Origin: an uncultured Prevotellaceae bacterium
GTDB taxonomy: Bacteria; Bacteroidota; Bacteroidia; Bacteroidales; Muribaculaceae
Reading direction: 5' to 3'
NCBI GenBank assembly: GCA_946406035.1
Contig: CAMJJG010000005.1
Span: forward strand, 16,900-80,899
Length of the DNA stretch: 64,000 nucleotides
Shown piece after piece: positions 40,688 through 50,466 of this stretch. Both the position numbers and the translations under genes were made by a program. The notes beneath the pieces are model-generated. The model made no database searches. It was not told where the DNA came from and saw only the letters and a list, made by a program, of their open reading frames with translations. How positions within the stretch are numbered: position 1 is the first letter of the stretch; each line of letters begins with the position of its first letter.

Positions 40688-41818
40688 ATGAAGATACTAT
40701 TTAACAATAATAACACATTTGGCCTAACCGTTTTCAGGATAGACATCATCAAGCACTTCCTGCAATGCGGCCACCAGGTCATACTCGTGTGCCCAGTCAG
40801 GCTAGTGGATGACCTGGAAAAGATCCCGCCACAGGCCAGGGTGTACCGCATCGACGCCAATCGAGCATCAACAGGCATCCTTGACAACCTGAGCTACTTC
40901 AAGCAACTCTACCAGATCTTCAAGAAGGAGAAGCCCGACTATGTTTTCAACTACACCATCAAGCCCAACATCTACGGCGCCATTGCCGCCAAGTTGCTAG
41001 GCATCCCCAACTCGTGCATGATGGCTGGGCTGGGCTATGCCTTCTCCCACAACGATGCCAGCTCTCTCATCGCCAGGGCACTCTATCGCGTGAGCATGAA
41101 GTGCACCCAGCACGTCATGCTGCTCAACGAGAGCAACTACCACACCATCATCGAGAAGCGCCTGTGCCCGCAGGAGAAAATCATTTGGCTCAAGGGCGGC
41201 GAGGGCGTCAACATCAACAATTATCCATTCTATGACAACCAGGCCGACGTGCCAACCTTCATGTTCATCGCCCGCATGATTGCCGAGAAAGGCTACCGCG
41301 TGTTTGTCAACGCCGCGCGAGAGATCAAGCAGCGATATGGCGACAAAGTGCGTTTTCAGGCAATAGGCACCTTTGCCGACGGCTCGCCCGACGCCTCCTC
41401 TAACATCACCCGCGAGGAGGTCGATCGTGACGTGGCAAACGGCTACATCGAGTACCTGGGCACCTTCAGCAACATGCTGGAGGTATACAGCCGCCCTGGC
41501 ACTGTCATCACCATCCCATCCTACTACAGCGAGGGCCTCAACAGGTCGCTCATGGAGGCCTGCTCCTGCGGCAAGCCCATCATCACGACCAACATCTATG
41601 GCTGCCGCGAAACCGTCATCGACGGCGTCAACGGCTATCTGGTAGAGCCACAGGACGTCAACTCGCTCGTCGACGCCATCACGCGCTATCTGGAACTCAA
41701 CGATGAGCAACGGCAGCAGATGTCCCTCGAGAGCCGCAAGCTGGCCGAAAGCCGCTTCGACATCAGCAAGGTCATCGCCGTCTACGACGACATCATTGCC
41801 CAAGCCAAGCCCTCCTGA
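40688..41818 (+). CDS. Glycosyltransferase family 4
   Basis: YTIKPNIYG and EGLNRSLMEACSCGKPIITT...GCRE...GVNGYLV. Confidence 0.92.
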   Translation: MKILFNNNNTFGLTVFRIDIIKHFLQCGHQVILVCPVRLVDDLEKIPPQARVYRIDANRASTGILDNLSYFKQLYQIFKKEKPDYVFNYTIKPNIYGAIAAKLLGIPNSCMMAGLGYAFSHNDASSLIARALYRVSMKCTQHVMLLNESNYHTIIEKRLCPQEKIIWLKGGEGVNINNYPFYDNQADVPTFMFIARMIAEKGYRVFVNAAREIKQRYGDKVRFQAIGTFADGSPDASSNITREEVDRDVANGYIEYLGTFSNMLEVYSRPGTVITIPSYYSEGLNRSLMEACSCGKPIITTNIYGCRETVIDGVNGYLVEPQDVNSLVDAITRYLELNDEQRQQMSLESRKLAESRFDISKVIAVYDDIIAQAKPS

Positions 41819-41843
41819 GTGCATATATCCCCATCCACAGGCA

Positions 41844-41885
41844 TAATTAAAACCGGCGCTGAATTCTATCAGTGCCGGTTTTAAT
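41844..41885. terminator. Bidirectional hairpin between the GT4 gene and tRNA-Arg
   Basis: AATTAAAACCGGCGCTGA...TCAGTGCCGGTTTTAATT. Confidence 0.7.
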
Positions 41886-41960
41886 TGGTACTCCCGCTGG
41901 GAATCGAACCCAAATCTAAGGTTTAGGAAACCTCCATTCTATCCATTGAACTACAGGAGC
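41886..41960 (-). tRNA. tRNA-Arg(CCT)
   Basis: Reverse complement GCTCCTGTAGTTCAATGGATAGAATGGAGGTTTCCTAAACCTTAGATTTGGGTTCGATTCCCAGCGGGAGTACCA; anticodon CCT, T-loop GTTCGA, encoded CCA. Confidence 0.96.
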
Positions 41961-42022
41961 ATCAAGGAGTCGGCTGGCTGGTCTTTTTGCGCCAGCCGAC
42001 TCGTTATTTTACTGGTCAGGAA

Positions 42023-45000
42023 TTACTTCCTGGCGGCTGCGAGAGCTGCCTCTTTCTTGTCGCTGCGACGGGCAATCCAGTAGGCCACGGGCGAAGCGAT
42101 GAACAGTGAGGAGCAAGTACCAATGATCACACCCAGGATCATCGCAAAGATGAAGCTACGGATCGACTCACCACCCAGGAACAGCATGATGAACAGCACG
42201 AGCAAGGTCGTGATAGAGGTCATCGTCGTTCGTGACAGGGTGCTGCACAAGGCCTTGTTAAAGGTGGTGTACAGATCCTGCTTGGGATAGAGCTTGCGAT
42301 ACTCACGCACACGGTCAAATACAACCACGGTATCGTTCACCTGGTAACCGATAACGGTCAGGATAGCTGCGATAAAGGTCTGGTCAATCTCCATTGAGAA
42401 GGGCAACAGGCCGTGCAGGTTGTAGAAGCCGATGACAACAAACGAGGTGAAGGCTACGGCAGCCAGTGCACCAATCGAGAAGGCGATGTTGCGGAAGCGG
42501 AACAGGATGTACAATGCCATAGCAAGCAGTGAGAACAATACTGCCCATATAGCCTGGTTAGTCATGTCACTTGCGATGCTCGGGCCAACGGTCTCGCTCG
42601 ATACAACGCCGACGCTCTCGTTAGACATGCTGAAGTCTTCCTTGCTCATCGAGCCCAGGTCGCTCTTCAAGCCATCATAGAGCTTGGACATGATCTCGTC
42701 GTCAACGCCCTCTTCGGTAACGTCAATCTTGTAGTTGGTCGAAATGCGGACCTTGGAGTCGTTATCGATGGTGATAACCGACGTGGTCGCACCGGGGAAC
42801 TGCTCCTCGAGCTGGGCATCAAGTGCCTGGGTCGATACGGGATGATCAAATTGAACAACAAAGTTGCGACCACCCGAGAAGTCGATACCGCGATTCAGAC
42901 CACGAAGGGCGAACAGCAGACCAATGACCACGATGAGAGCCAACACGATAACCGAGGTCTTCTTGGCAAAGCCCATGAAGTTGAACGATACGTTCTCCAT
43001 CAAGTGACGGGTTAACGATGTGTTGAAGGTCATCTTGTCGAAGGTGCCCTTGTTCACAAAGTGCTCCATGACGAGACGGGTAGCAAACACTGCGGTAAAG
43101 AACGAGCAGCAGATACCGATTACCAACGTAACGGCAAAACCGCGGATGGGGCCCGAACCGAGCAGAATCAGGATGATACCCGTGATGATGGTGGTCAAGT
43201 TGGAGTCAAAGATGGCCGAGAACGCATTCTTGTAACCATCGCTGACGGCGGCCTTCAGGCCCTTACCGGCGCGCAACTCCTCCTTGCAACGTTCAAAGAT
43301 AAGCACGTTAGCATCCACCGCCATACCGAGTGTCAGCACAATACCGGCGATACCAGGCAGGGTGAGCACGCTCTGGAACGAGGCGAGAATACCGATTGTG
43401 AAGAACAGGTTCATCAACAGACCCAGGTTGGCAATGTTACCAGCGTAAACGCCGTAGGTGCAAACCATGAAGATCATCAACAGTACCAAAGCTACGATAA
43501 ACGAGATCAAACCCTTGCGGATCGATTCCTTACCCAGCGACGGGCCAATCACGCTCTCGCTGGCTACATTCACGCGTGCTACCATCTTACCAGACTCGAG
43601 CACGTTAGCAAGGTCGTTTGCCTCCTCGACCGTGAAGCGACCGCTAATCTGCGAGCGGCCACCGTCGATCTGGCTGTTCACGTTGGGGAACGAGTAAACC
43701 TGGTCATCGAGCACGATGGCGATGGCCTTACCGATGTTTTGACCGGTAATGCGGCTCCACTGGCGGGCACCCTCGTCATTCATGTTCATTGATACCACCT
43801 GGCCCTGCAGGTTGTCATACTCGCTGGTAGCGCGGGTAACGACATCACCGGTAAGCACGGGCTGGTTGTTGACGGTGCGCAGGGCAACAAGCTGGAACAC
43901 CTCTTGACCATTCTGGGCCTTCTCGGGCTTAACGGTCCAAGCCAACTTCAAGTCGTTGGGCAGGATAGTCTTGGCAACGGGCGAGTGAATAATGCGGTTC
44001 ACGGCTGCGGTGTCCAGGACTGAAACATAACCCACAACGGGCGATCCGGCGCCTGCACTTGCCAGGGCCTCAAAGCCGATGAGCTGTGCCAGGGTCATTT
44101 CGGCCTCCTTATTGGCGGGAGCGGCCTTCTCGGCTGCCTTGGCTGCGCTGTCGGCTGCGGCCTTAGCGGCCTGCTCGGCGGGAGCAGCCTGCTCGGCAGG
44201 AGCGGCTTCTTCGGCGGGGGTGTCAGTGCTGACGGTCTTGCTGGCCTGTGCCTGGTCGCTGAGCTGACGCAGAGAGCCAATCACCTCCGAGAGGGTATAA
44301 GTCGTGTAGAACTCCAGGTTTGCGGCACCCTGCAACAGTTTGCGTACGCGCTCGGGTTCTTTCACACCCGGGAGCTCGAGCAGGATGCGGCCTGTGCTCT
44401 GCAGTTTCTGGATATTGGGTTGAACCACACCGAAGCGGTCAATACGGTTACGCAACACCTTGTAGGAGTTGTCCACCATAGCATTCACCTCTTCATTGAG
44501 GATGTTCTGGACTTCTCCGTCAGTGGCATTGGGTTTCTCCTTGACCTTGTCGATGCCGCGGAAGATCTGAGCCAGGCTTCCCTCGGGAGCCAATTTCTTG
44601 TACTCCTTGCAGAATGAGCCCACAAAGTCGTCCTGTGCGGTCTGGTTCTTAGACACATTGTCAATGGCCTGATTAAACTTCTTGTCTGGATTGTTGTTCG
44701 CGAGAGCACGCAAAATGTCGGGAACCGAGATTTGCAGTGTCACATTCATACCACCCTTCAAGTCAAGGCCGAGGCCCAACTCTTTCTCACGAACTTGCTG
44801 GAAGGTGTAGTAACCAAGGTACACCTTCTTGCTAGCGAGGGAATCCAAATACCCATTCAGCGCTGCCTTGTATTTATCGTTGCTGGTGTCGGCACTTGTG
44901 ATGCCTGCAGCAGCGAGCGCGGCCTTCTCTGCCTTGTTCTGATAGTGATTGCTCACAAAGGTGAACGACAGATAAAAAGCACAAATCAACAACAGTGCAA

Positions 45001-45034
45001 TGGTAAGGACTCTAATAAAACCTTTAGTCTGCAT
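42023..45034 (-). CDS. secDF: Protein translocase subunit SecDF (fused)
   Basis: LGLDLKGG, GMAVDANVLIFER, GIDFSGG and NDTVVVFDRVRE. Confidence 0.97.
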   Translation of the reverse strand: MQTKGFIRVLTIALLLICAFYLSFTFVSNHYQNKAEKAALAAAGITSADTSNDKYKAALNGYLDSLASKKVYLGYYTFQQVREKELGLGLDLKGGMNVTLQISVPDILRALANNNPDKKFNQAIDNVSKNQTAQDDFVGSFCKEYKKLAPEGSLAQIFRGIDKVKEKPNATDGEVQNILNEEVNAMVDNSYKVLRNRIDRFGVVQPNIQKLQSTGRILLELPGVKEPERVRKLLQGAANLEFYTTYTLSEVIGSLRQLSDQAQASKTVSTDTPAEEAAPAEQAAPAEQAAKAAADSAAKAAEKAAPANKEAEMTLAQLIGFEALASAGAGSPVVGYVSVLDTAAVNRIIHSPVAKTILPNDLKLAWTVKPEKAQNGQEVFQLVALRTVNNQPVLTGDVVTRATSEYDNLQGQVVSMNMNDEGARQWSRITGQNIGKAIAIVLDDQVYSFPNVNSQIDGGRSQISGRFTVEEANDLANVLESGKMVARVNVASESVIGPSLGKESIRKGLISFIVALVLLMIFMVCTYGVYAGNIANLGLLMNLFFTIGILASFQSVLTLPGIAGIVLTLGMAVDANVLIFERCKEELRAGKGLKAAVSDGYKNAFSAIFDSNLTTIITGIILILLGSGPIRGFAVTLVIGICCSFFTAVFATRLVMEHFVNKGTFDKMTFNTSLTRHLMENVSFNFMGFAKKTSVIVLALIVVIGLLFALRGLNRGIDFSGGRNFVVQFDHPVSTQALDAQLEEQFPGATTSVITIDNDSKVRISTNYKIDVTEEGVDDEIMSKLYDGLKSDLGSMSKEDFSMSNESVGVVSSETVGPSIASDMTNQAIWAVLFSLLAMALYILFRFRNIAFSIGALAAVAFTSFVVIGFYNLHGLLPFSMEIDQTFIAAILTVIGYQVNDTVVVFDRVREYRKLYPKQDLYTTFNKALCSTLSRTTMTSITTLLVLFIMLFLGGESIRSFIFAMILGVIIGTCSSLFIASPVAYWIARRSDKKEAALAAARK

Positions 45035-45240
45035 TTTGTTAATTATTTAATAAATTTTGTTAATTTTCGCTTTAAACGTCTTTTTCAGCCTGCAAATATA
45101 CATCATTTTCTTCAAGTGAGGCATAAAAAACTCAAGATTTTAATTTCCACCTTATTTATTTTAAATAGAAAAGGCCTATTTAAAGCAAAAATACCCCATT
45201 TTTCGGTAAGATTTCGCCTTGATGGTTTCATCTCGGGCAA

Positions 45241-46242
45241 TCAATGGTGAGCGAAACATGCTTGGGCCGCTTGGGTTGCAAGTGTAAGATTGGGACCTGA
45301 ATAGGTGACAAGTCCCGAGCTGTCGGCAACAGCATACCACGGCAACGACGTCGGCCCGATCAGTTGTATGCCTTGCTCCACGGGACCAGCTGGTGCCCAG
45401 TAATGCTGTCCAGGGCAACCGGCAATCGTCCCACTCCAGCGCACGGTATCGCTCTCGGTAAGGACGTCGATGAGATGAACGGCGCCATGTGTCGCGTCCA
45501 GCACTCCTTGCAGTTGCTGGCTCAAGGCCCTCGGATTGGACTGCGGCTGTGCCCACAGGGTGATGAGCGTAACACGGTCGGTTAGTTTCACTTCCTCAAA
45601 CGTGCCGCCCGGCTTGGCCAGGGTCAGGGTCATCAGTCGGGGCAGGACCTCTGCTTTTCGGGCTTGGGGATTGTCCAGCAACGCGCGCGTCAGCGATGCC
45701 GGGCGAGCCTTGGCCTCAATGCTCTTGAGCATACTATTCACTTTGGCCCTGTCGCTGTAGTCACTGTAATCGACCATCAACAGGACGGTCGAGAGCATGT
45801 CGGCAGGATGTTCCTTCACATATTTCTCTATCGCCGCATTCAAGCGACTGGGGTTGGGGTCGGTATAAAAGGAGGCGTGCTCGTCCTTGAAGAGTTGCCA
45901 ATCCTCGTTCAAGCGGTTTCCCTTGATCTTGACCTGCAACTCACGGGATGCGTTTCCCTCAATCTTCAAGTGGTCACCATTGACAGCCACCACCATGCCG
46001 ACATGGTAGCCCGACGCATCCAGCACCGACACGATGGCGGGCTGTGAAGCGCTACCCTCATAGGAAAAAGCGCCGTCCTTGTCCAGATTGACCGATTCAT
46101 CAACCAGGCCCGAGTCGCCCTGGAAGAGCACCCTCACCCTGGACGCGTCAACGTGGGTCAGCCTGCCCTCGATCTTGAAACTGTCATGAGTACACGAGGC
46201 CAGGGATGCCGCTATTACCAGTAGAAAAAGAAAATGCTTCAT
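45241..46242 (-). CDS. DUF4369-like lipoprotein with degenerate TlpA/thioredoxin-like C-terminal domain
   Basis: Lipobox LASC, FKIEGRL; C-terminal LITLWA...LPWYAVADSSG pattern without CxxC. Confidence 0.6.
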   Translation of the reverse strand: MKHFLFLLVIAASLASCTHDSFKIEGRLTHVDASRVRVLFQGDSGLVDESVNLDKDGAFSYEGSASQPAIVSVLDASGYHVGMVVAVNGDHLKIEGNASRELQVKIKGNRLNEDWQLFKDEHASFYTDPNPSRLNAAIEKYVKEHPADMLSTVLLMVDYSDYSDRAKVNSMLKSIEAKARPASLTRALLDNPQARKAEVLPRLMTLTLAKPGGTFEEVKLTDRVTLITLWAQPQSNPRALSQQLQGVLDATHGAVHLIDVLTESDTVRWSGTIAGCPGQHYWAPAGPVEQGIQLIGPTSLPWYAVADSSGLVTYSGPNLTLATQAAQACFAHH

Positions 46243-46248
46243 TTTTGA

Positions 46249-48093
46249 TCAGTTGATATCGGGCATTGCCGGATCTATCCAGTCATTGTTCTGCTTGATG
46301 AGGGAGACAAGACGGTCGATGGCGTCCTGCTCGGGAATGTTCATCTCGATGCACTGCTTGCCCTTGTATAGGCTGACGCGCCCGGCCGCCGCGCCGACAT
46401 AGCCATAATCGGCATCAGCCATCTCGCCTGGGCCGTTGACGATACAACCCATCACGCCAATCTTGAGGTGGGACAGGTGGGCGGTAGCCTGCTGTACACG
46501 GCGCACGGTGGACTGCAGGTCAAACATGGTCCTTCCACACCCGGGGCAAGAGATAAATTCCGTCTTGGTCATGCGCTGGCGCGCAGCCTGCAGGATGGCA
46601 AATGCATACCTGATGACCTCGACGCTATTGTGGATGTTGGGGGCCTCAAGCCAGATGCCGTCGGCCTGACGGTTGAGCAACACCGCACCCAGGTCGGCAC
46701 CAGCCTTGACCTGCAGCCACTCGCTGGAACTGTCGCCATAGGTATTGCGCACGATCACCGGGCAATCAATGCCGCTGGCTGTCAGACCATGGGTCAACGC
46801 CTGCTCACTGCCGGGTATGTTGATTCCCACGGGGGTGATGATCAGAACCGTGTCGGTGCGGCCACGCAGGAACTCCAGCCGCTCGACGGGCGTACTGGCA
46901 GGCACTTGCAGGAATCGCAGCGATGCCGTCTGGCACCGCTCCCACTCGCCCAGCGTGAGCAGGGGGTATGCGTTCCGCTCCCCACTCCACCGGTCCAGTG
47001 GCACCAGGAATTGATGCATGCCGTCTATCATGCCATCACCGCTATAGTACAAGTCGGGCTGCAACACGGCCCGGTCAACCTCGTCGGGACGGTAGCTGGC
47101 GATAACGACCGGCTGGCGGTCACCACCGATGCGGCCTGCCACCTCGACCGACGGGCGACGCTCGGGCGACAAGGGATCATAGCCGTCACAATATTCGCCC
47201 TCGATGGGCTGTTGCGAACCACGCGGGGCGATATAATCCACCAGTTTGCGGGCAACGGGCACCTCCAGTTCGGGTTCCTCGCTCAACGACACTCGGATGG
47301 TGTCGCCCAGGCCCTCGGCCATCAGCGCACCAATGCCCACGGCACTCTTGATGCGGCCATCCTCACCAAATCCGGCCTCGGTCACGCCCAGATGCAGCGG
47401 GAAATGCATGTCCTCGCTATCCATAGCGGCCACCAAGCGCCGCACGGCTTCCACCATGACGACGACGTTTGACGCCTTCATCGAGATAACCACATCGAGG
47501 AACCGTTCGGCCACAAACACCCGCAGGAACTCCATCACGCTCTCGACCATTCCGGCGGCCGTATTGCCATAACGGCTCATGATGCGGTCGCTCAACGAGC
47601 CATGGTTCACCCCCAGGCGCACGGCCGTGCCGTTCTCACGACAAGCAGCGATAAAGGGCAACAACGCCTCGCGTATCCGCGCCAACTCGGCATCATACTC
47701 GGCCTGGGTATATTCCATCTGCTTGAACGTGCGCGCGGGATCCACAAAATTCCCGGGATTGATGCGCACGCCCTCACACACACGAGCAGCCGCAAGTGCC
47801 GCCTGGCGGTTAAAATGGATGTCGGCTATCAGGGGGATGTTGCAGCCTTGATGGCGCAACACCTGGGATATCTCACCGATGTTTTGGGCCTGCTTCACGC
47901 CCTGGGCCGTGAGCCGCGCATAATCGGCTCCGGCATAGGCGATACGTTGGCACTGGGCCGCACTGGCCTCGATATCGTCGGTTGGCGTATTGGTCATCGA
48001 CTGGACACGAACAGGCCACTCACTGCCCATTGCGATGTTCCCTACATTGACACTCACTGTGTCACGACGTTGATAATTAAATGTCTTATTCAT
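46249..48093 (-). CDS. ispG: 4-hydroxy-3-methylbut-2-en-1-yl diphosphate synthase
   Basis: VRVQSMT, ADIHF, RINPGN, GVNHGSLS, SCPGCGRT and MGCIVNGPGE. Confidence 0.97.
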   Translation of the reverse strand: MNKTFNYQRRDTVSVNVGNIAMGSEWPVRVQSMTNTPTDDIEASAAQCQRIAYAGADYARLTAQGVKQAQNIGEISQVLRHQGCNIPLIADIHFNRQAALAAARVCEGVRINPGNFVDPARTFKQMEYTQAEYDAELARIREALLPFIAACRENGTAVRLGVNHGSLSDRIMSRYGNTAAGMVESVMEFLRVFVAERFLDVVISMKASNVVVMVEAVRRLVAAMDSEDMHFPLHLGVTEAGFGEDGRIKSAVGIGALMAEGLGDTIRVSLSEEPELEVPVARKLVDYIAPRGSQQPIEGEYCDGYDPLSPERRPSVEVAGRIGGDRQPVVIASYRPDEVDRAVLQPDLYYSGDGMIDGMHQFLVPLDRWSGERNAYPLLTLGEWERCQTASLRFLQVPASTPVERLEFLRGRTDTVLIITPVGINIPGSEQALTHGLTASGIDCPVIVRNTYGDSSSEWLQVKAGADLGAVLLNRQADGIWLEAPNIHNSVEVIRYAFAILQAARQRMTKTEFISCPGCGRTMFDLQSTVRRVQQATAHLSHLKIGVMGCIVNGPGEMADADYGYVGAAAGRVSLYKGKQCIEMNIPEQDAIDRLVSLIKQNNDWIDPAMPDIN

Positions 48094-48112
48094 GATGATT
48101 GTCTAAGTCTTC

Positions 48113-48757
48113 TTATCCCAGGAATCTCATCGTCAACGACACGCACACAAAGCCCACGACGACTCCCGCCAGCACTTGCCACAGGTCGTGCCGTTTAAGC
48201 GCCAGCCGCGCCGATCCCAACACGCCTGCCATGATCACCGCCACGCACAGCAGCCACAACAGGTCAAATGCGCTTAGGCCTTGAACGTGAATCTGGTAAA
48301 TGAGTCCAATCACGCCACCTATGCCGGTCATGTGGGCGCTGATTTTCCACTTGAGGTTGATGAGAGCCACAGCCAGCACCGACACAGCCGATCCCACCAG
48401 AAACATCGTGAACCAGCGAGGCGAGTGGCAATAATACAGGTAATAGGCGCCCACCAAATAGCACACTGCCGTGAACAGGTATGGGATGAGCCGCTGCTCG
48501 CGCACCTCGACGTGCAGGTCCTTGATGAGCTTGAAATGCCGCAGCACGCTCAGGAAGATGAGCGGCACGATACACGTGATGCCCATGCACACCAGCAGCA
48601 CCGACACGCGCGTGCCATATGTCAACAGGCACAGCACCGACACCCACAGGGCGAGGAACACGCCATAGGTGGGCATCAGCAGGGGGCTCAACGCCGTGGA
48701 TAGGAAATTGGCAAGCCCCGCAATGAATTTATTAACTGTATATTTTGAGATTGGCAT
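48113..48757 (-). CDS. PAP2-like membrane protein
   Basis: WKISAH and SARLALKRH...QVLAG motifs; multiple TM helices. Confidence 0.75.
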   Translation of the reverse strand: MPISKYTVNKFIAGLANFLSTALSPLLMPTYGVFLALWVSVLCLLTYGTRVSVLLVCMGITCIVPLIFLSVLRHFKLIKDLHVEVREQRLIPYLFTAVCYLVGAYYLYYCHSPRWFTMFLVGSAVSVLAVALINLKWKISAHMTGIGGVIGLIYQIHVQGLSAFDLLWLLCVAVIMAGVLGSARLALKRHDLWQVLAGVVVGFVCVSLTMRFLG

Positions 48758-48790
48758 ATAAGAATGTAATGTCTTATTTTAATCTTATCG

Positions 48791-50257
48791 TCAACGGGCC
48801 ATCTTGCGGCGTATCGTGCTGCTCGGAATCTTGAGCACCTCGCGGTACTTGGCCACAGTGCGGCGCTCGAGCTTGTAGCCCATCTCCTTGAGGCGGTCAC
48901 ACAACGCGTCATCGCTCAGCGGGTGCGCCTTATCCTCGGTGTCAACGAGTTTCTTCAAGTCATCATACACCTCGTGGCGTGATGCGCCGTTAATGTCCTC
49001 GCTGAAGAACGACTTCAGGCTCTTGACGCCCCACGGCATCTGCACATACTTGTTGCTCACCGCTCGCGAGACAACCGACACATCCTTGCCTATCATGTCG
49101 GCAATCTGCTGCTGGCCCAGGGGTTTCAGGTCCCGCTCATCACCGCTCAGGAAATAGTCCCGCTGGCACTTGACAATCGCACTCATGGTGTTGAACAAGG
49201 TCTCCTGACGCTGCTTGAGCACCTCGATAAACATGCTTGCCCGCTGATAGGCATCCATGATCTGTTTTTTCTCTTTGGTCTCCTTCACGCTCAATGCTCC
49301 CGTCTGCTTGTAACGGTCGTTCATCAACGCGTAGCTCTCGCTGATCTGCAGCGAGGGGATGTTGTTGCGCAGGGTCACGGTCAGGCGGTCGGCCTCCTCG
49401 TCAAGCTCAACGTCAAAGTCGGGCGTCACTTGCTGGCTGCCGTCGCTGCGGGAACCGAAGGCATTGCCCGGGTAAGGGTTCAGCCCTCGTCTCACCTGGT
49501 GCTTGAACACCGCCTCCAAGCGCTCCTTGTCAACGCCCATCTTGCGAGACATCGCCTCAAAGCGCATGGCACCCAGGTCATCAAAATACTTGCCCACCAT
49601 CAACAAGGCCATCTCCACTTCGTCATTGCGGGGCTTGCGCTCCAATTGCAGCATCATGCACTCGTGCAGGTCGCGGGCCGCGATTCCGGGCGGGTCTAGT
49701 GTCTGCACCATCTTGATCATCTCCTCGACCTGATGGGCATCGACCACATAGCCGTCGTTAAAGGTCACATCGTCGGCTATCTCGGCTGCACTCCGCAGCA
49801 GGTAACCGCTATCCTCGATATTACCGACAATGGCATGCGCAACCATCTGCTGGGTCTCGTCGAGTTCGAGCTCGCCCAACTGATCGGCAACAAACTCCTG
49901 CAAGGTCTTCTCGCTCACGGCCATCGGGGCAAAGTACTCGTCGTCACGGCTACGGTTGTTGGCAAAATAGCGGTACCACGCCACCGTGTCGTCATCTCCG
50001 CTCACCTCGGCAGCCACGTCGTCTTCCGAGCTATGGTTGTTCTCTTTACGGTCATAGCTCTGGCTGTCGCTGTTGTCATCAAGCGTGTCCTTGTCGTCAG
50101 ACGTCTTCTCCAGGGCCTGAATCTCACTGACCTTGTTGTCAATGAATTCGGCCATCTCGGCATCATTTTTCTCGAGCACCAGTCCCAGCAGCCGCTGCTG
50201 CTCTAGGGCCAGGCGCTGCGTTTGTTTCTGCTCCTGCGTGAGTACTTGCTTTGCCAT
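48791..50257 (-). CDS. rpoN: RNA polymerase sigma-54 factor
   Basis: Gln-rich region I, DPPGIAARDLHEC, PLSDDAL and RpoN box RRTVAKYRE. Confidence 0.95.
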   Translation of the reverse strand: MAKQVLTQEQKQTQRLALEQQRLLGLVLEKNDAEMAEFIDNKVSEIQALEKTSDDKDTLDDNSDSQSYDRKENNHSSEDDVAAEVSGDDDTVAWYRYFANNRSRDDEYFAPMAVSEKTLQEFVADQLGELELDETQQMVAHAIVGNIEDSGYLLRSAAEIADDVTFNDGYVVDAHQVEEMIKMVQTLDPPGIAARDLHECMMLQLERKPRNDEVEMALLMVGKYFDDLGAMRFEAMSRKMGVDKERLEAVFKHQVRRGLNPYPGNAFGSRSDGSQQVTPDFDVELDEEADRLTVTLRNNIPSLQISESYALMNDRYKQTGALSVKETKEKKQIMDAYQRASMFIEVLKQRQETLFNTMSAIVKCQRDYFLSGDERDLKPLGQQQIADMIGKDVSVVSRAVSNKYVQMPWGVKSLKSFFSEDINGASRHEVYDDLKKLVDTEDKAHPLSDDALCDRLKEMGYKLERRTVAKYREVLKIPSSTIRRKMAR

Positions 50258-50466
50258 TGTCGTTTTGAGGTTTTATCTTTAACCCACAAAGTTACAACAA
50301 ACTTTCGACACGTTGCTGTTTTTTGCCCAAACTTATGTGAGAATACACCTTCTTTGCCCCATTTTGACGGAGTTTTCGCCGGTTTTCAAGGACATGTAAT
50401 GCGCTTTGCCTACAAAATGCGAGGCAAAGCGCAATCACAATGCAATATGGGCGTATGTTTTCGGTA

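Noticed and set aside
44110-44225. PAEQAA-type 18-bp repeats inside secDF
   Set aside because: In-frame low-complexity linker in the periplasmic domain; ordinary variation for Bacteroidales SecDF.
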